Shown: positions 1-12,525 of the stretch, piece after piece | Position numbering within the stretch: position 1 is the stretch's first letter | Layout of the letters: each line of letters begins with the position of its first letter | NCBI GenBank assembly: GCA_040954595.2 | Contig: CM082592.2 | Span: 9,845,677 to 9,909,676, forward strand | From: Balanoglossus misakiensis | Lineage: Eukaryota; Animalia; Hemichordata | Direction of reading: 5' to 3' | DNA length: 64,000 bases | Made by a program: the position numbers and the translations under genes | Notes under the pieces: model-generated | What the model saw: the letters and a program-made list of their open reading frames with translations, nothing else | What the model was told of the DNA's origin: nothing | Databases searched by the model: none

Positions 1-3000
1 CTTTGTGCAAGCATACGAACAGTGAAATAGTCCAGTGTTATGTTACTCTTACCGGTATCAGGTGTAATATTAGGTCATACTTTAAATGAATACATTCAAA
101 ACTCAGGGATTATGGGTCAAATACAAGGACTAGCTGTCACATCGGTAATTGTCACAATCTTTGCTGATAAATAATGCCATGCTTTTTGAAGGACACGTAC
201 ACCGCTATGAAATCTGGCTCCTTGAGGCATCAATGATTGGCAGTACACTGTGGGCATTTGCCGAGCTCATTGGCGAACAACTTATTGGCGTGTGGCCTGT
301 ATCAGTCCTGAGGTTGAACATTCTGCCTGTATTGATATGAACTTGGATGTATTATCAATCCCTCAATTGCAAGTAATTTTACGCATTATAGTTTTCCGTC
401 TCAGTTTCCCCCCTGTGTAGTTTTTGTTATGCACATTCTATTGTAAAAAAATCACAAGCTATCTATTTTTTAAAAGAAAACAGAATTCGTTTTCAGAAGC
501 ATTCTTGTAAATACAGCTGCCTGTGTATGTGTTACTTTGTTGCATTTACATTATTTGAAATTGGTGCATATTCGAAATGTTAAGTTAATTTTGGGAAATA
601 TGTGCAAAATTACGTGTACAACAATTTATCTTAACTCTTGCACAATTAAGAAATACTATGTCTTACAATGTATTTAGAAATCTCACTTAAATAAACTATC
701 TTGTTATATACAGTGCACGAGTGTCGTGGTACGTTATTAGGATAGCGCACTCAACTTAATACTAATTTTAAAAACTATTGATACAAAACACCTGTTGAAG
801 TGATCCTTTCAAACGAAAGAAGCTATAAAGTGTCACGTGGTGGCGTCATTTTTCAGTAACCTGTACGGCAAGTTTTAATAACGTACACACAGGGGAAATA
901 ACTTTATTAATACCACTTTAAAATGAATACTGTACGTTGTCTATATCTCCCCTTTGACCTTAAAAAAATGGCAACTCCCTTAAGATCCCGGATATGAGAA
1001 AATCCCTATCAGTTACCATAGTTACCTTGCATTGATCACACCCAAGGTGACCCGTGAAGCAATGAAATCAAAGAAACTGCGCAAGATTACGTCGGCGATT
1101 AATTTAGAAATCGTTCAGAACCTTTATAGCAGATCCCGGGGGTATATCACTATCTTCGACGAAAATCTCCTGAATCCGTACAAGCATTTGATTTATCTTT
1201 ACGGGTCAAGCAGGTCGTCGCTTTTATCCATGGTTCATTTGCGAAGGGACAGTGAATTATCAAAACTTGACGCAAAGGGCATTTAACACAGACAAGGTGA
1301 CACTTGTCGATGGACAACTACGCGAAGAATAGACCGCGTTTCAGCCCATTCGTCGCGTGATTGTGGATTTTTCCTAGTCTAGACAGAACATCGTTTGAAA
1401 CACGATCGCATTGAAATATTGGCGCTTTTTTGCTGCCTACAGTACAAGCAAATGTCAACAAAACAAGTCACCGAGTGGCGTCGTTTCTTTGCAGTAATTA
1501 CATGTAATTCCTCGGTAAGAAGGAACGTGTCCTCGGGTGAAGTTCCGGTTGGACTACCTTCTCTTTGTGTTCTCTTGCATCCATGTATTCCGGGCAGATA
1601 TAATTACAAAATCACCCGTCTTCCACGATGGAAACCCCGGGCAAATATCATAAATGATTAAGTTACTCCTGTCATTAAAATCTCCTACTGTGTACTTTTA
1701 AGGTCGCGTGGTAGGTTTGTGACAACATGTTTATATTATAATCTCATATTGCTCAGCCAAGCTCAACATTGCCACTTTGCGTGCTATATGCCTACCTGCC
1801 TGATTTACATAGCTTTCTATAAATGCTATCTGCCTGGAAGAACAACTTTGGATAAGAATAAGCCCTTTACAATAAAAAAATATGACCATAGATAATTATT
1901 TTTGGATATTACTGTTATTTCCACAAACTTGATACCCGGAGGAGGTATCTATGTCAATGATGAATTAAAAAGGGAATCTTCCGCAAAAGTCTAATCAATT
2001 TGATGATTTAGACGGCCATGCGTGATCAACCAATTAATTAAGGAACCTATGGTATCTTTACAAGTATATACCTCAGTCTGTCAAAATACCACACGGAGCT
2101 ATTCGTTCAAGCGCGCAGCACAAATGCATGTCGTTCACACGACGCTCGATTTAAGGAGAAACCGTTGCTATTAGTGTGTTGTTACAATTATACACGTTGT
2201 ATTCTATAAAACGCTATTATTCTTTTCGTCCGAATTTCTAAGTTTAGCAGAGTTCCGTCACCCGGGTAATTTGAGAGAAGGCCCCGTTTCACCGGCGAAA
2301 CACGATAGCAACTTGAGATTTTCTCATAATAGACCAGGAGATGATTTTTACCATCTCGGTCGTAATACAGTGCCTCATTTTTCCTGGAAAACCCGCCAAG
2401 TTGGCCAGTAATTGATTCCGCTATTATTATGGTTTCTATGAGAGCTTTCTAAATGGTACCGGTTGCCTAGTAACTACACCAATTAATTTTCTTCGGAAAC
2501 AGTTCATAGCTATTTCGCTTTGAATCTAGGTTAATTCCGGCATACGTGTTGACTATACAGTTTAAAAACGTATAAACAAACACTTCTCCCAAACAGATAA
2601 ATCAAACCATGACATTATTGCGGCTAGAACTGGATTAGCTACTGACACAACGCCTTGTTTATAATATCAATTCATAGTCTGCATTTCCATGCTATTGAGA
2701 AGTCTCGTGTCAAATCCGCGCAATATGAATCCGAAGCTCGGCGTATAATCTCTGTCTTATCGAGAACCCACGAGATCTCGCCTGGGAATAAAGGACACGC
2801 ATCTTTCATCATTGATACTACATCTTAGACAAAATTCTTTGTGGTGGTTCACCACCCGTTCCATTATTTAAGCAGATCACAATCATTATTTTTGAATCTC
2901 TAAAGCGAAAGGCGTACGTGCGATAGGATTCATAGGCAAGCTTCAATTCGGGTACAACATATTGGCTTGCAGGCAGGGAGTCGTTCAAACTTAGTCGTGC

Positions 3001-6000
3001 GCGATCAGGAGAATCGCAGCTAATACCACAATGACGGTTAGTTGACAGGTACTTAGACGCGATAAAGATTACTTATAAGAAATAAGAGACCTAGACAAGC
3101 CGGGTTCATTTTCTTTTCGGACGCAGCAATCATCCCACGATTTCCGGCTGAATCTCAGAGAGGTTACTTTTTCATCTTTCATGGCGTCTCTTGGCAACGA
3201 TTAGTTGTATCTATGGTGCAGGTTGGGATATGATGAGCTACTCAGATTCTATGTGAGATGTACAATCACAAAATAATGTAACCCTCCTCTAATAAATAGC
3301 TTCGGTGAAAAACATTATTGCAACTTTAACAACTTTTTTCTAATCTGTAAAATTTCAGACAAGTCGTGATCTCCGCCAAGCAACGTGAAATAAACTGAAA
3401 GCTTCACGATACTCACGCGCATGTGCAAATCATAATGATGGTGACGCACCACTTTTTGTGCAAATGCCCGGCCGGGGAATACAGGTCTGTGATCTCATTT
3501 AAAAACCCGATCAATTGAAGTCAGACTTGAACTGACTATATCCTTGAGCGCCCGGCGGATAATAAAACATCTGTGACCGTGCAACCTGTATAATTGCCTG
3601 ATCTCAGTAACATGAATACAGAAAAAGTACATTAATCCTTGTGCCAGTGAAATCTCAAAGAATCCCATCACGAGATAGCGGAGGTAATCTGCGTTCTTTT
3701 CTTCTGGTCACAGATGGTTTCCAAGAAAAAATCTCTCAAGAAAGTACGACCTGAAAGAAGGAATAACAGAACACCACACTCCAAACCCCCGGGAATCGCA
3801 ACAATAAACGCAGAAGTGTACTATCTGGGCATTTGCACTTGTTTTCAGTGTTGGTAATAAACTCACATTGCCGTGACATCCACAGGAACACTCTAGTACG
3901 TACATGTGTAACAGTCACAAGTCCAGACACGTTTCGCGTCCCTGTAACAACCTGAGCCTACCACCTGTTAAGAGCATGCTCTAACGGGTGAGACAATTAA
4001 CACCGGATTTCCCTCCGATATTTTGCAAAGTTTGCCTGCCTGGGACCTACGTCAGCTTTTCCATCCCTTCAACTCGCATCACAGAAGGATGTATACACAC
4101 GTCACAATCTTGGTAGACCGTCAGATTGGTGACCACTCACCGAGAAGCTAAGCGTTCCGTCACCTGAGCGCTCGTACATTTAATACAGCCGCATCTTGTC
4201 CATATGCAAATATTTGCCGCAAGCAAAACAGAGAGAATCTGCATGTGCGCAGGTATTATATTCAGCCTAAGATATCTCCATTAATGGATCGACTGCGCGA
4301 CCGTTTACGCTAAGTCTCTAATCATTTTTCATCTTCAGCCGACTACATTATAGACGATGAAAGAGACCGACCGACAGCCGACGTCAACGACCGCTTGAAA
4401 TGCTCCTCGTTTTAAAGCCTCAATATGAGGTGTTGACCAAGAGAGAATTTGGGGCCTAACAGGAAGGAAAGGGCCGGTGCGATTTACAGGTGTTACTATT
4501 TTTTTCACGAAAACAAAACGTTCACATAAAAAGGCACGAAAGTGACAATTTTTGTTAAACTCTGCACCTATTCTAATTTAACATAAAAGCTTGACTTGTA
4601 TTACTTGGCTAGCAACCCGTTGCTACGGTAATTAATCAAGTCTCGCGAAATCTCGCAATGAGCGGAAAATCATCTATTGGCGACCTCCAACGAAGGCGCA
4701 GTTACCGTGACTATCACACGGCAGATCTAGTCTCGCACGGAGTCGAGTCACATTGATTTCGTAGACTGAAATTCACCAACCGACTCCACCGTGTTCACTA
4801 TCCACAAACCGTGCATGTATCCATGCAGTAACGGCTATTGATTGGACCTTTACTTGTCGATCCGTTCCATTTCATCCCGACAGCAAATTATGGAAAATTG
4901 GAATCAGTAAAAAGGCTCATTTCCCTGGAAATCATCAGTAAGTATACATGATTGCGCTGTTTTCGTCTTGCAAAAGACTCTGTCCCGATTTCAATTACCA
5001 CGGGGCTTTTGTTGGGAGTGATTTCTTTACCCATGAGCAGAGTTTGCCAGGGGCTGAGGGAAATTAGGGTTACATCACCCCTGGAGGACGTGCAGACGAC
5101 AATATGAAACATCTCAGGGGAATTTCTGGATGCTTCAACTGACAGAGAGAAACCTTCCTAGCAGCACGTTTACTTTCTCTGCTTCTCGACTGAGAATTTT
5201 GTGGGGTACATGTACTTCGATCGGTACACAGCGCTAAAATACACCACCATGCACTGTCAAAAGCCATGTATTGCCGCGTTGTATTTACGTTTTCACTGTC
5301 GATGGATTTTAAATGTGTGTAAATATCCATTGTACTTATTGGAAGTGGTAAAATATGGCAGCATGTATGGGATATAAAGGATGCCTTGTGTTAAATCTAA
5401 TGGTAAACATGGCGGCGAAATATTCACAATCTGAAAAGCTGGGCCCACTGATGTGACACTTCACATCGGTATTATATTGTCAGTCAAAGGATCCATTCTG
5501 AGAAAATCCCCTCGTTAAGTAGGATTTGTGGTATGCAGCGGTGTACCGGATAGTTTGGTAACACCCGTGTACGTCGTGTTTAGACCGCTGTAGTTGTAAG
5601 ATGCTTAAATTGATACAAGAGACATAGGACATTTTTTTCTGACTTGACAACTTTTCACGGTGATTGGGCAAACGGTCGGCAACAACATCAGTTCCTATCT
5701 TGCTCAAACTGTCGTTTGTGTACTATGAAACCCGTGTTAATATTCCCATCGGACGATGCTTGCGCACTCACAAAGCGTAGAAGGAACATCCATCTAATTT
5801 GCCATTTTACAAAGCATCGCGTTCCGTGGTACCTGGATATACAGTATCTGGCTGTGCGGTTCAACGATGGCAGCTCCTCAGAGCAATCAGAAAGGTTTAC
5901 TGCGGATAAGCATAGTTCTGGTAAAGCAGATAAAAAAGCGATGCTCACAATATATTCATAATATCCTACAGAGGTGGAATATATGAATAAACACCTTTTA

Positions 6001-9000
6001 TCTCAATATTCCGAAGTGGAACAGTTGAAATATGCGAGAACAGTTTTATGTTTCGTATTCGGACACAGTTAATCAATTTTCTGGATATCACATATGGCTG
6101 ACAGGAACTATTACATTAAAAAGCTTTCAACGGCGGAAGGTTATTTTGCGTGACATTCTCTCGTTAACCCACTTTACTTCTTTGAATAAAAAACTTGTTG
6201 CGCAATCCTCACATTCAAACCGCAGATAGTCCACGTGCACCCTCTCTACCAATTTTAGATATCGCAACATTTCATCTGAGAACACCAAAGTGGCCCAGGG
6301 CTTGAAAATGTCACAAGAAACAGCGGCATCGTCCAAGGAGAGCTGGAGTATTAATATTACAAACAGCATACCGTACGCACTCATAATAAATATTAATTTT
6401 AGAAAAAAATCAGGGGGCAGGATTGACGAAGATTACTGGATATCGGCTAGCCCCAAACCGATAATTACTGAACATGCAGTAGAATCTCTCCCATCTAAAT
6501 GTTAAGCTGCACCCCTGGAAAAAGATGAGTGGACCGGAGTAGCATTTCTTGATTGATTTGTTCTAAGTGGGTCATAGGGAATAAGACGCTGCAAGGATAA
6601 GAAACCTAGACGACGAGTGCGTGACAGACGCACAATAGCCCGCATCCAAAGGACGGGAAACCAAAGACCGAAAGATCGACGACCCGATACTGAGAGGCAA
6701 TGCCATACAGCTTGGAAAGTATTCCTTGAAGACCTGATAGGAAGCGGTGGAGTGAATTTTAAAGGGTGAATGAAATTCAAATAGGGCTGAGAGATGGGAA
6801 AGATATTAGTTCTGTACAGTCTGACGAATGATCAAAGAGAACGGATTTGAGTCGCTCCCCGGTGTAAATATGCAGCTGGACTACGTGTACTGGGCATTAC
6901 AAGTACTCAATCAGTCACTGTCGAATTTCTATGAGGTTGTACTTGTGTTTTCTCAGAAAGTTCATGTCTCGATACAATGGTAAGTGCACCTTTTCGTAAG
7001 ATTTTTTGTCGTCGGAAAGAGTCCATCGTATACAAGAGAATAGAGATGGGTGACGCGCCGTTTTCGCCATTCTTTAGTTGTTTCAGGAGGCATCGTTTTG
7101 GGCATCAACTGATATTTGCGTATTCCTAGAAAGCCGGGCATAATTCTATAATAAAACTCACACGATGTTATTCCTTCAGGGTATAGCAAACTCTTATAGT
7201 GGCAATCATCGGACGCAGACAAAGGGTAGGGAAAAATTCTCTTTTTCGCTGAACGCCCTTTCACAGTTTTTCAAAGGCTCATCGCACCGAAGAGGATTCA
7301 CCTACAGGCTCGACCATTTGGCATTGGAAACTCGAGTCGGTGTAATCGTACACTCTCAACTCTAAAAAAATCAATCGGGCGAATCATGCCTGTTTTCGAC
7401 GGAAAATAAACGGAGACAGGGTTTTTTCTACCGCTTCCAAATCATCTGCCGACCCCAATAGATGGCCTACTGACAGATGGCAAGCTTACATGCGTGAAAA
7501 TTTAATGGCAGCAAAGCGGGGGCTTTTCTGAATGTATTTGATATATAGCTCATGGTCTCCAATGACCTTGAGTGACGCGGATGCTTTTAGAAAGTAAGTT
7601 CAACGTATTTTCTCAATATCTGGTTTCGCTTTGTTGTCCATTTTCAATTAACCCTAGGCCGTAAATTCCCCCCAAATCTCGCAAGGTCTCGCGGTGTTCG
7701 GAAAACGGTCCATTGCCCACACAGTGATCAGAACTCTCGATTTTTCGTTGCGTGCTGATTTCCCGACTGTTGCACTCGGTCATTTATGGCTTATCACAAT
7801 TGTCTACCACTGTCATAACTTTTGCAGACTTGCATCATCCGCTCTGTTATCTAACAGCGTGGCTCTCTCTGGCATCAATGGGTCTATCAAAGTTCCTCGC
7901 TCGCGTGTGAAAGCCGACAACTCTGACATGACTGAAAAACACCCCATCAACAAGGATTATGATATTCAATGCAGATTGTAAACAGCTGGTGGCAAACCAA
8001 GGCAATGTCCTCTGATGGAGCTCTTTTCATCGATTTGTCAGATTTTATTTCTTTGTAGTTTGTTAATCGCGTATTTTTCACTCTCGGATTTCAATAGTTT
8101 TTTTCATGGTCTTCGAGGTTTATTAAATTTTGAACTGATCAATTTTGATTTATTACTGTCAGTCCATATCGGTGTCTTTTGCAGTATAACTGTGTCTAGC
8201 TGGAGTCGTTTGTCACAGATTAGGTTTGCAATGAAGTGAGGAACGTCTGAAATGAATACCAAAGACAACCAAACAGCCAACAGCAGGCCAAAACAAAACA
8301 ACACAAAATGTCAACCCATGGCCCAGGTTAAAAGTGCGTGTCTTGGGCACAGTCACTTACTGCCAAACAAATCTATACTGGTTTCTCTTTCTGAGTCACC
8401 ATCTCACATGGCCAAAAGCTACATTACGTGTAACACCAATGCAATATTTAATGTACTCTCCACGTTCTGCAGCTGTGTCAAGCTTCCACTCTATACATAT
8501 CCATTGTACTGTTTACCTTTTACTAAAAACCAACATTTTCAGAACTGCCAATCATGCTTTGAAACGTCTCTGCTCTACTGTATCGGTTTCGTCGAGTCAC
8601 TTTTGTGTCTAGTCACGGCCATTCTTGTCGATTGTTTACAATTATTAACAAGCAGTTCCATGCACTCACATTAAATAGTCATTGTTTAACAGGCACGTAT
8701 CTTTTAGTACAATAAAATGGTATCACTGTGGTTTTCAACTAAATTCACGAGAATCTTGTTAAAAGATGGAGTCACCGAGTCCTCCATTTATACAGATTAA
8801 TTGCCTATTTGATTAGCTCGACATTCATGCGAGTCTTTGCCTTATTGGGAATCTGTATTCAGGTTTGTGCATCCAAATGAAACCAACTACTATTCTTAAA
8901 CTCTAAAGCAATATCGAGTCTAGTCCCGTACACCATTTCGAGACACTAAAATCTTTCTTGCTTTAAACCTTACTACAGTGAAACTGCCACCAGATCCGTT

Positions 9001-9421
9001 GATGTGTAAATCAGCAAACCCATTTATTCTATTCAATTAAGGAGGAGGTTCTTTCAAATTGACGGAATCAGATATATCATCATCGACAGTGTTATTATTC
9101 AACCATTGCGTACGAAATTGCGTACATGAATCCAAACAACTATGGGCACAATTCGCTGTTTTCCCTTCAGACCGTGGTCAAATTAAATATCCTACTTGAA
9201 ATCTGTATGCGCGAGTGTTTGGGGGTTACATTCAAATGTTTAAATGGACAGCGCTTTGAATGTTGTCCGTTGAAAAAATTACTGATCTGATCGACAGAAT
9301 GACTCTTTTGAATTCTTGCTTGACTCGATTATCGCTTTTCTTCGGTTTCTGAAATGACGGAAATTCCTCGAGACACTCTAGATGCTGTTCACATCATATG
9401 CACTGAGCAACCTTCTGACTA

Positions 9422-9533
9422 TGTCTGCCTGCCTGCCTGCCTGCAGGCAGGCAGACAGTCAGTCAGTCAGTCAGGCATGCCTGCCTGACTGACTGACTGA
9501 CTGTCTGTCTGTCTGTCTGTCTATCTGTCTGCC
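9422..9533. repeat. Compound tetranucleotide microsatellite (TGCC/GGCA/GTCA/TGAC/TGTC) with internal inverted repeats
   Basis: Read directly. 9452-9477 is the exact reverse complement of 9482-9507. Confidence 0.9.
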
Positions 9534-9997
9534 CGTGACTATACCTCTCTCTCGTCCTATAGGAAACACTACAAATGCAAAGTTGAACAAACTAATGCAA
9601 CAATGAGGAATATCACACGCCCACCAATCCATGCCCAGGTCTATCCGTGCCAAAGGTTACCAAGAATCAAGCTTTCAATTAACCTCGAAAAGATAACACA
9701 CCATCTCGTTAGACAATATCATTTTGTATTTCGTTTGTTGATCTCGTTAACTAAGGACTTCGGGCGATTGAATTGTCCGCTAGATATTGGAAACAAACGC
9801 CGGCGAAGCGTGCCGTGAAACCACTCAACCGTTTGTGGTTCGTTTAACGCCAGTAACACAGTTCGACGACGTGCATTGCATTATTTATGTTTTCGGGCAG
9901 CGCATCATTGTTAGCCTAAAGATGAGAGCGTGCCTGTTGTACATAAAATGCTCCAATGAAGACAATTTTCAACAACAACAAAAACTAAGAAGAAGAA

Positions 9998-10032
9998 TGA
10001 CGACGATGACGATGACGCTGACGATGACGACG
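9998..10032. repeat. Imperfect (GAC/GAT)n trinucleotide repeat
   Basis: atgacgacgatgacgatgacgctgacgatgacgacg read directly. Confidence 0.7.
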
Positions 10033-10523
10033 TTGGATGAATTTCTCATATTAAACTCAGCTATCTGACCAAACAGGTTTTCCCACCACGCTCTTAAATT
10101 TCCTACTCGGTGGGCATTTTTTTATTCAACAGAATCTACTATTACAGGTAAATTACATATAGATGACGGCTATGGAAAGCGAAAATAGCGCATAGTATTG
10201 GTGTGGAGCACGTGCGCCCTTCAACGTACCCAACGCCAACAGGAAATTAACCAAGATTTCTTCTTTCAGTGTCATATTATTTCATTTCTAGGTTATACCT
10301 AATAAACTACTTTTTATTAAAAACAAGGTTCGGTGGTAGGCTTGTTGCGACGAGCCACAGTCACCACCGACACTGTGGACGAGCACCAAAATATCGACAT
10401 CATCCGGGTCCTTTCATATAACCAAGTCCATTGTAGATTTAGGCGGGTAATAACGACCAGATACATCATTCTGTCGCTCGTTTAACGAAAAAGACATTAA
10501 AGTTGTGTACACGTCACTGGCCT

Positions 10524-10542
10524 TTCTCTCTCTCTCTCTCTC
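10524..10542. repeat. (TC)n microsatellite
   Basis: About 9 TC units read directly. Confidence 0.8.
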
Positions 10543-10587
10543 CATATTGGCTCTATTCTGCATAGCAATATTCGCAGCGACAGGTAG

Positions 10588-10985
10588 ACTTCCGGTATTG
10601 CCATGGTAATCCTGATTATCTTTGTATAGGTAGAAGCGGAAGCTACTTGTGTTATTTTCATGGAAGAGCCTCTATGAAGTACAGCAGCAATACCACGCGC
10701 AGAAACATTTCAGTGAACTGACGCTGGATCATACAAACCTCGATAAGGTAAGATTTTACCTTCCCTTCCAAAGCAATTTTTCAGGTTAACAATTGCTAAC
10801 TTATTAGACTAGAAAGTGAACTATTCAATATTGTATTTTAGGGAGAAAATTCTGAAATTTATAAGTATAAAGTGAATAGATTTTCGTGCGAAAATACTAA
10901 ACTACGTTACGTAGTTTACACTCAGTTGAAAGTAACATAATTTATTTCTTTGTATGTTTGGCCAATTGTTCACATTGTTTTCCAG
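10588..10985 (+). promoter_or_regulatory. Putative adenosine receptor promoter and 5'UTR intron
   Basis: ETS-like ACTTCCGGT (10588-10596) abuts X-box-like ATTGCCATGGTAAT (10597-10610). Strong donor AAG|GTAAGA at 10747/10748 and candidate acceptor TGTTTTCCAG ending 10985. Motif-level evidence only. Confidence 0.35.
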
Positions 10986-11316
10986 GAAGTATGCCCCATG
11001 TTTTCCCAATAAAAGAGGATTTTATTACTTCATATTACAGTTTACACAATTCAATCGAAAAGGGATTATGGCGTTATTACGTATACTAGTATGTCATCGA
11101 GAATGACTGCTTAACACGGTGCCATGTTTGACCATCTCCGACAAGAAACAGTCTCATCGACAAAGCGGCGTGTTTTGTTTTCTACGGACATGCTGTAACG
11201 GGGGAATTTCGGCTGCCGTCACGTCACGACATTAGGACAGAAAACAGCGACCACAGAGGGAAGTACTGATGACGTAACTCGCCGATATAGTGGGCTAAAT
11301 ACTCGTCGCCGTCGTC

Positions 11317-12525
11317 ATGTCGACGCGTTTCTCCGTCGAGTTCTACGTCAACTTGGCCGTGGAGATTCCGATAGCCATTTTCGCTGTCGGCGGAAACGCA
11401 CTGGTGTGCTGGGCCGTGTATCGGAACAAGCATCTGAGATGCGTCACGAACTACTTCATCGTGTCGCTGGCCGTCGCCGATCTGTGTGTCGGACTCTTCG
11501 CCATCCCGTTCTCGTGGGTCACCAGCATCGGTTTGCCGGGAGATTTCTATGCCTGCCTGCTGTTGAACTCCTTCATAATCATCATGACTCAAAGTTCGAT
11601 ATTCAGTCTGCTGGCCATCGCCATGGATCGCTTCTTCGCCATCACCGCCCCGCTAAAATACCGCCGACTGCTGTCCAACCGGCGCTGTGTCGCCATCATC
11701 GTCGCCACCTGGTTCTTCGCCTTCTTCATCGGATTAATTCCGGTCATGGGGTGGAACTTGGGACCGCCGCCAGAACCGCGGTGTTACTTCATCGAAGTCA
11801 TCGACATGGAGTACATGGTCTACTTCAACTTCTTCGCTTGTGTTTTGACTCCTTTGCTCATCATGATCGTCATCTACGTGCGTATATTCCGAACCGTCAG
11901 GCAACAGCTACGGAAGATGAAAGAGATGTACGCCAGTCAGCCGGACGCCGCCGCCAAGCACCTTGCGGCGTTCACCCTGAAAGAAGTGAAGACAGCAAAG
12001 TCTCTAGCCGTGATTATGATCTTGTTCGCAATATCCTGGCTACCGCTGCATGTGTTGAACACCATAGACCTCATCTGTGAAGACTGCGCCGTGCCTTACC
12101 CGCTCCTGCTGAGTACAATAATGCTCTCGCACGCCAACTCGGCCATGAACCCGATATTTTACGCCTTCAGCAACAAGGAGTTCAAGTACACCTTTGGGAA
12201 ACTCTTGGGGCGGCTCGTCAAGTTTGACGTGTTCGACGACAGGAACAAGCGGCAGGATCCCAACGCCGTCGACACGGATTTCAGTGTGAGCTTCGTGATG
12301 CAGGACTTGAAGTCGACGTTCCCGACCGCCGGACAACGCGCTCTGCACGGCGCGACGAACCAGCGTGCGAACGGGCCGGTGGTTATGGACCCGTGCCTGG
12401 TGACGGAACTCGATTACGAAGAGACGATGTTTCCTCCGGGTACACCGGCGACGCCGACCGGCGATACGACGATGACGAGATTGGACAGCGCCGGTATTGA
12501 CGGGCGTGTTGATACTAGTACGTAA
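11317..12525 (+). CDS. ADORA2: Adenosine receptor, A2-like class A GPCR (402 aa, single coding exon)
   Basis: Uninterrupted ORF with seven hydrophobic segments and adenosine-receptor motifs: GN(TM1), NYFIVSLAVAD(TM2), TQSSIFSLLAIAMDRF(TM3), CYFIEVIDMEYMVYFNFFACVL(ECL2/TM5), KEVKTAKSL, SWLPLHVLN(TM6), LSHANSAMNPIFY(TM7). An in-frame TAA lies 7 codons upstream of the ATG. A2A and A2B cannot be distinguished. Confidence 0.93.
   Translation: MSTRFSVEFYVNLAVEIPIAIFAVGGNALVCWAVYRNKHLRCVTNYFIVSLAVADLCVGLFAIPFSWVTSIGLPGDFYACLLLNSFIIIMTQSSIFSLLAIAMDRFFAITAPLKYRRLLSNRRCVAIIVATWFFAFFIGLIPVMGWNLGPPPEPRCYFIEVIDMEYMVYFNFFACVLTPLLIMIVIYVRIFRTVRQQLRKMKEMYASQPDAAAKHLAAFTLKEVKTAKSLAVIMILFAISWLPLHVLNTIDLICEDCAVPYPLLLSTIMLSHANSAMNPIFYAFSNKEFKYTFGKLLGRLVKFDVFDDRNKRQDPNAVDTDFSVSFVMQDLKSTFPTAGQRALHGATNQRANGPVVMDPCLVTELDYEETMFPPGTPATPTGDTTMTRLDSAGIDGRVDTST

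Noticed and set aside
2770-7702. Several TCTCGCGAGA-like words (~2770, ~4640, ~7677)
   Set aside because: All are imperfect and cannot be tied to a TSS from sequence alone.
149-10068. Many 60-140 aa ORFs in the first 10 kb (and similar ones at 13-21 kb)
   Set aside because: Many start at TTG/GTG, none has recognisable domains, and no consistent coding exon chain could be built.
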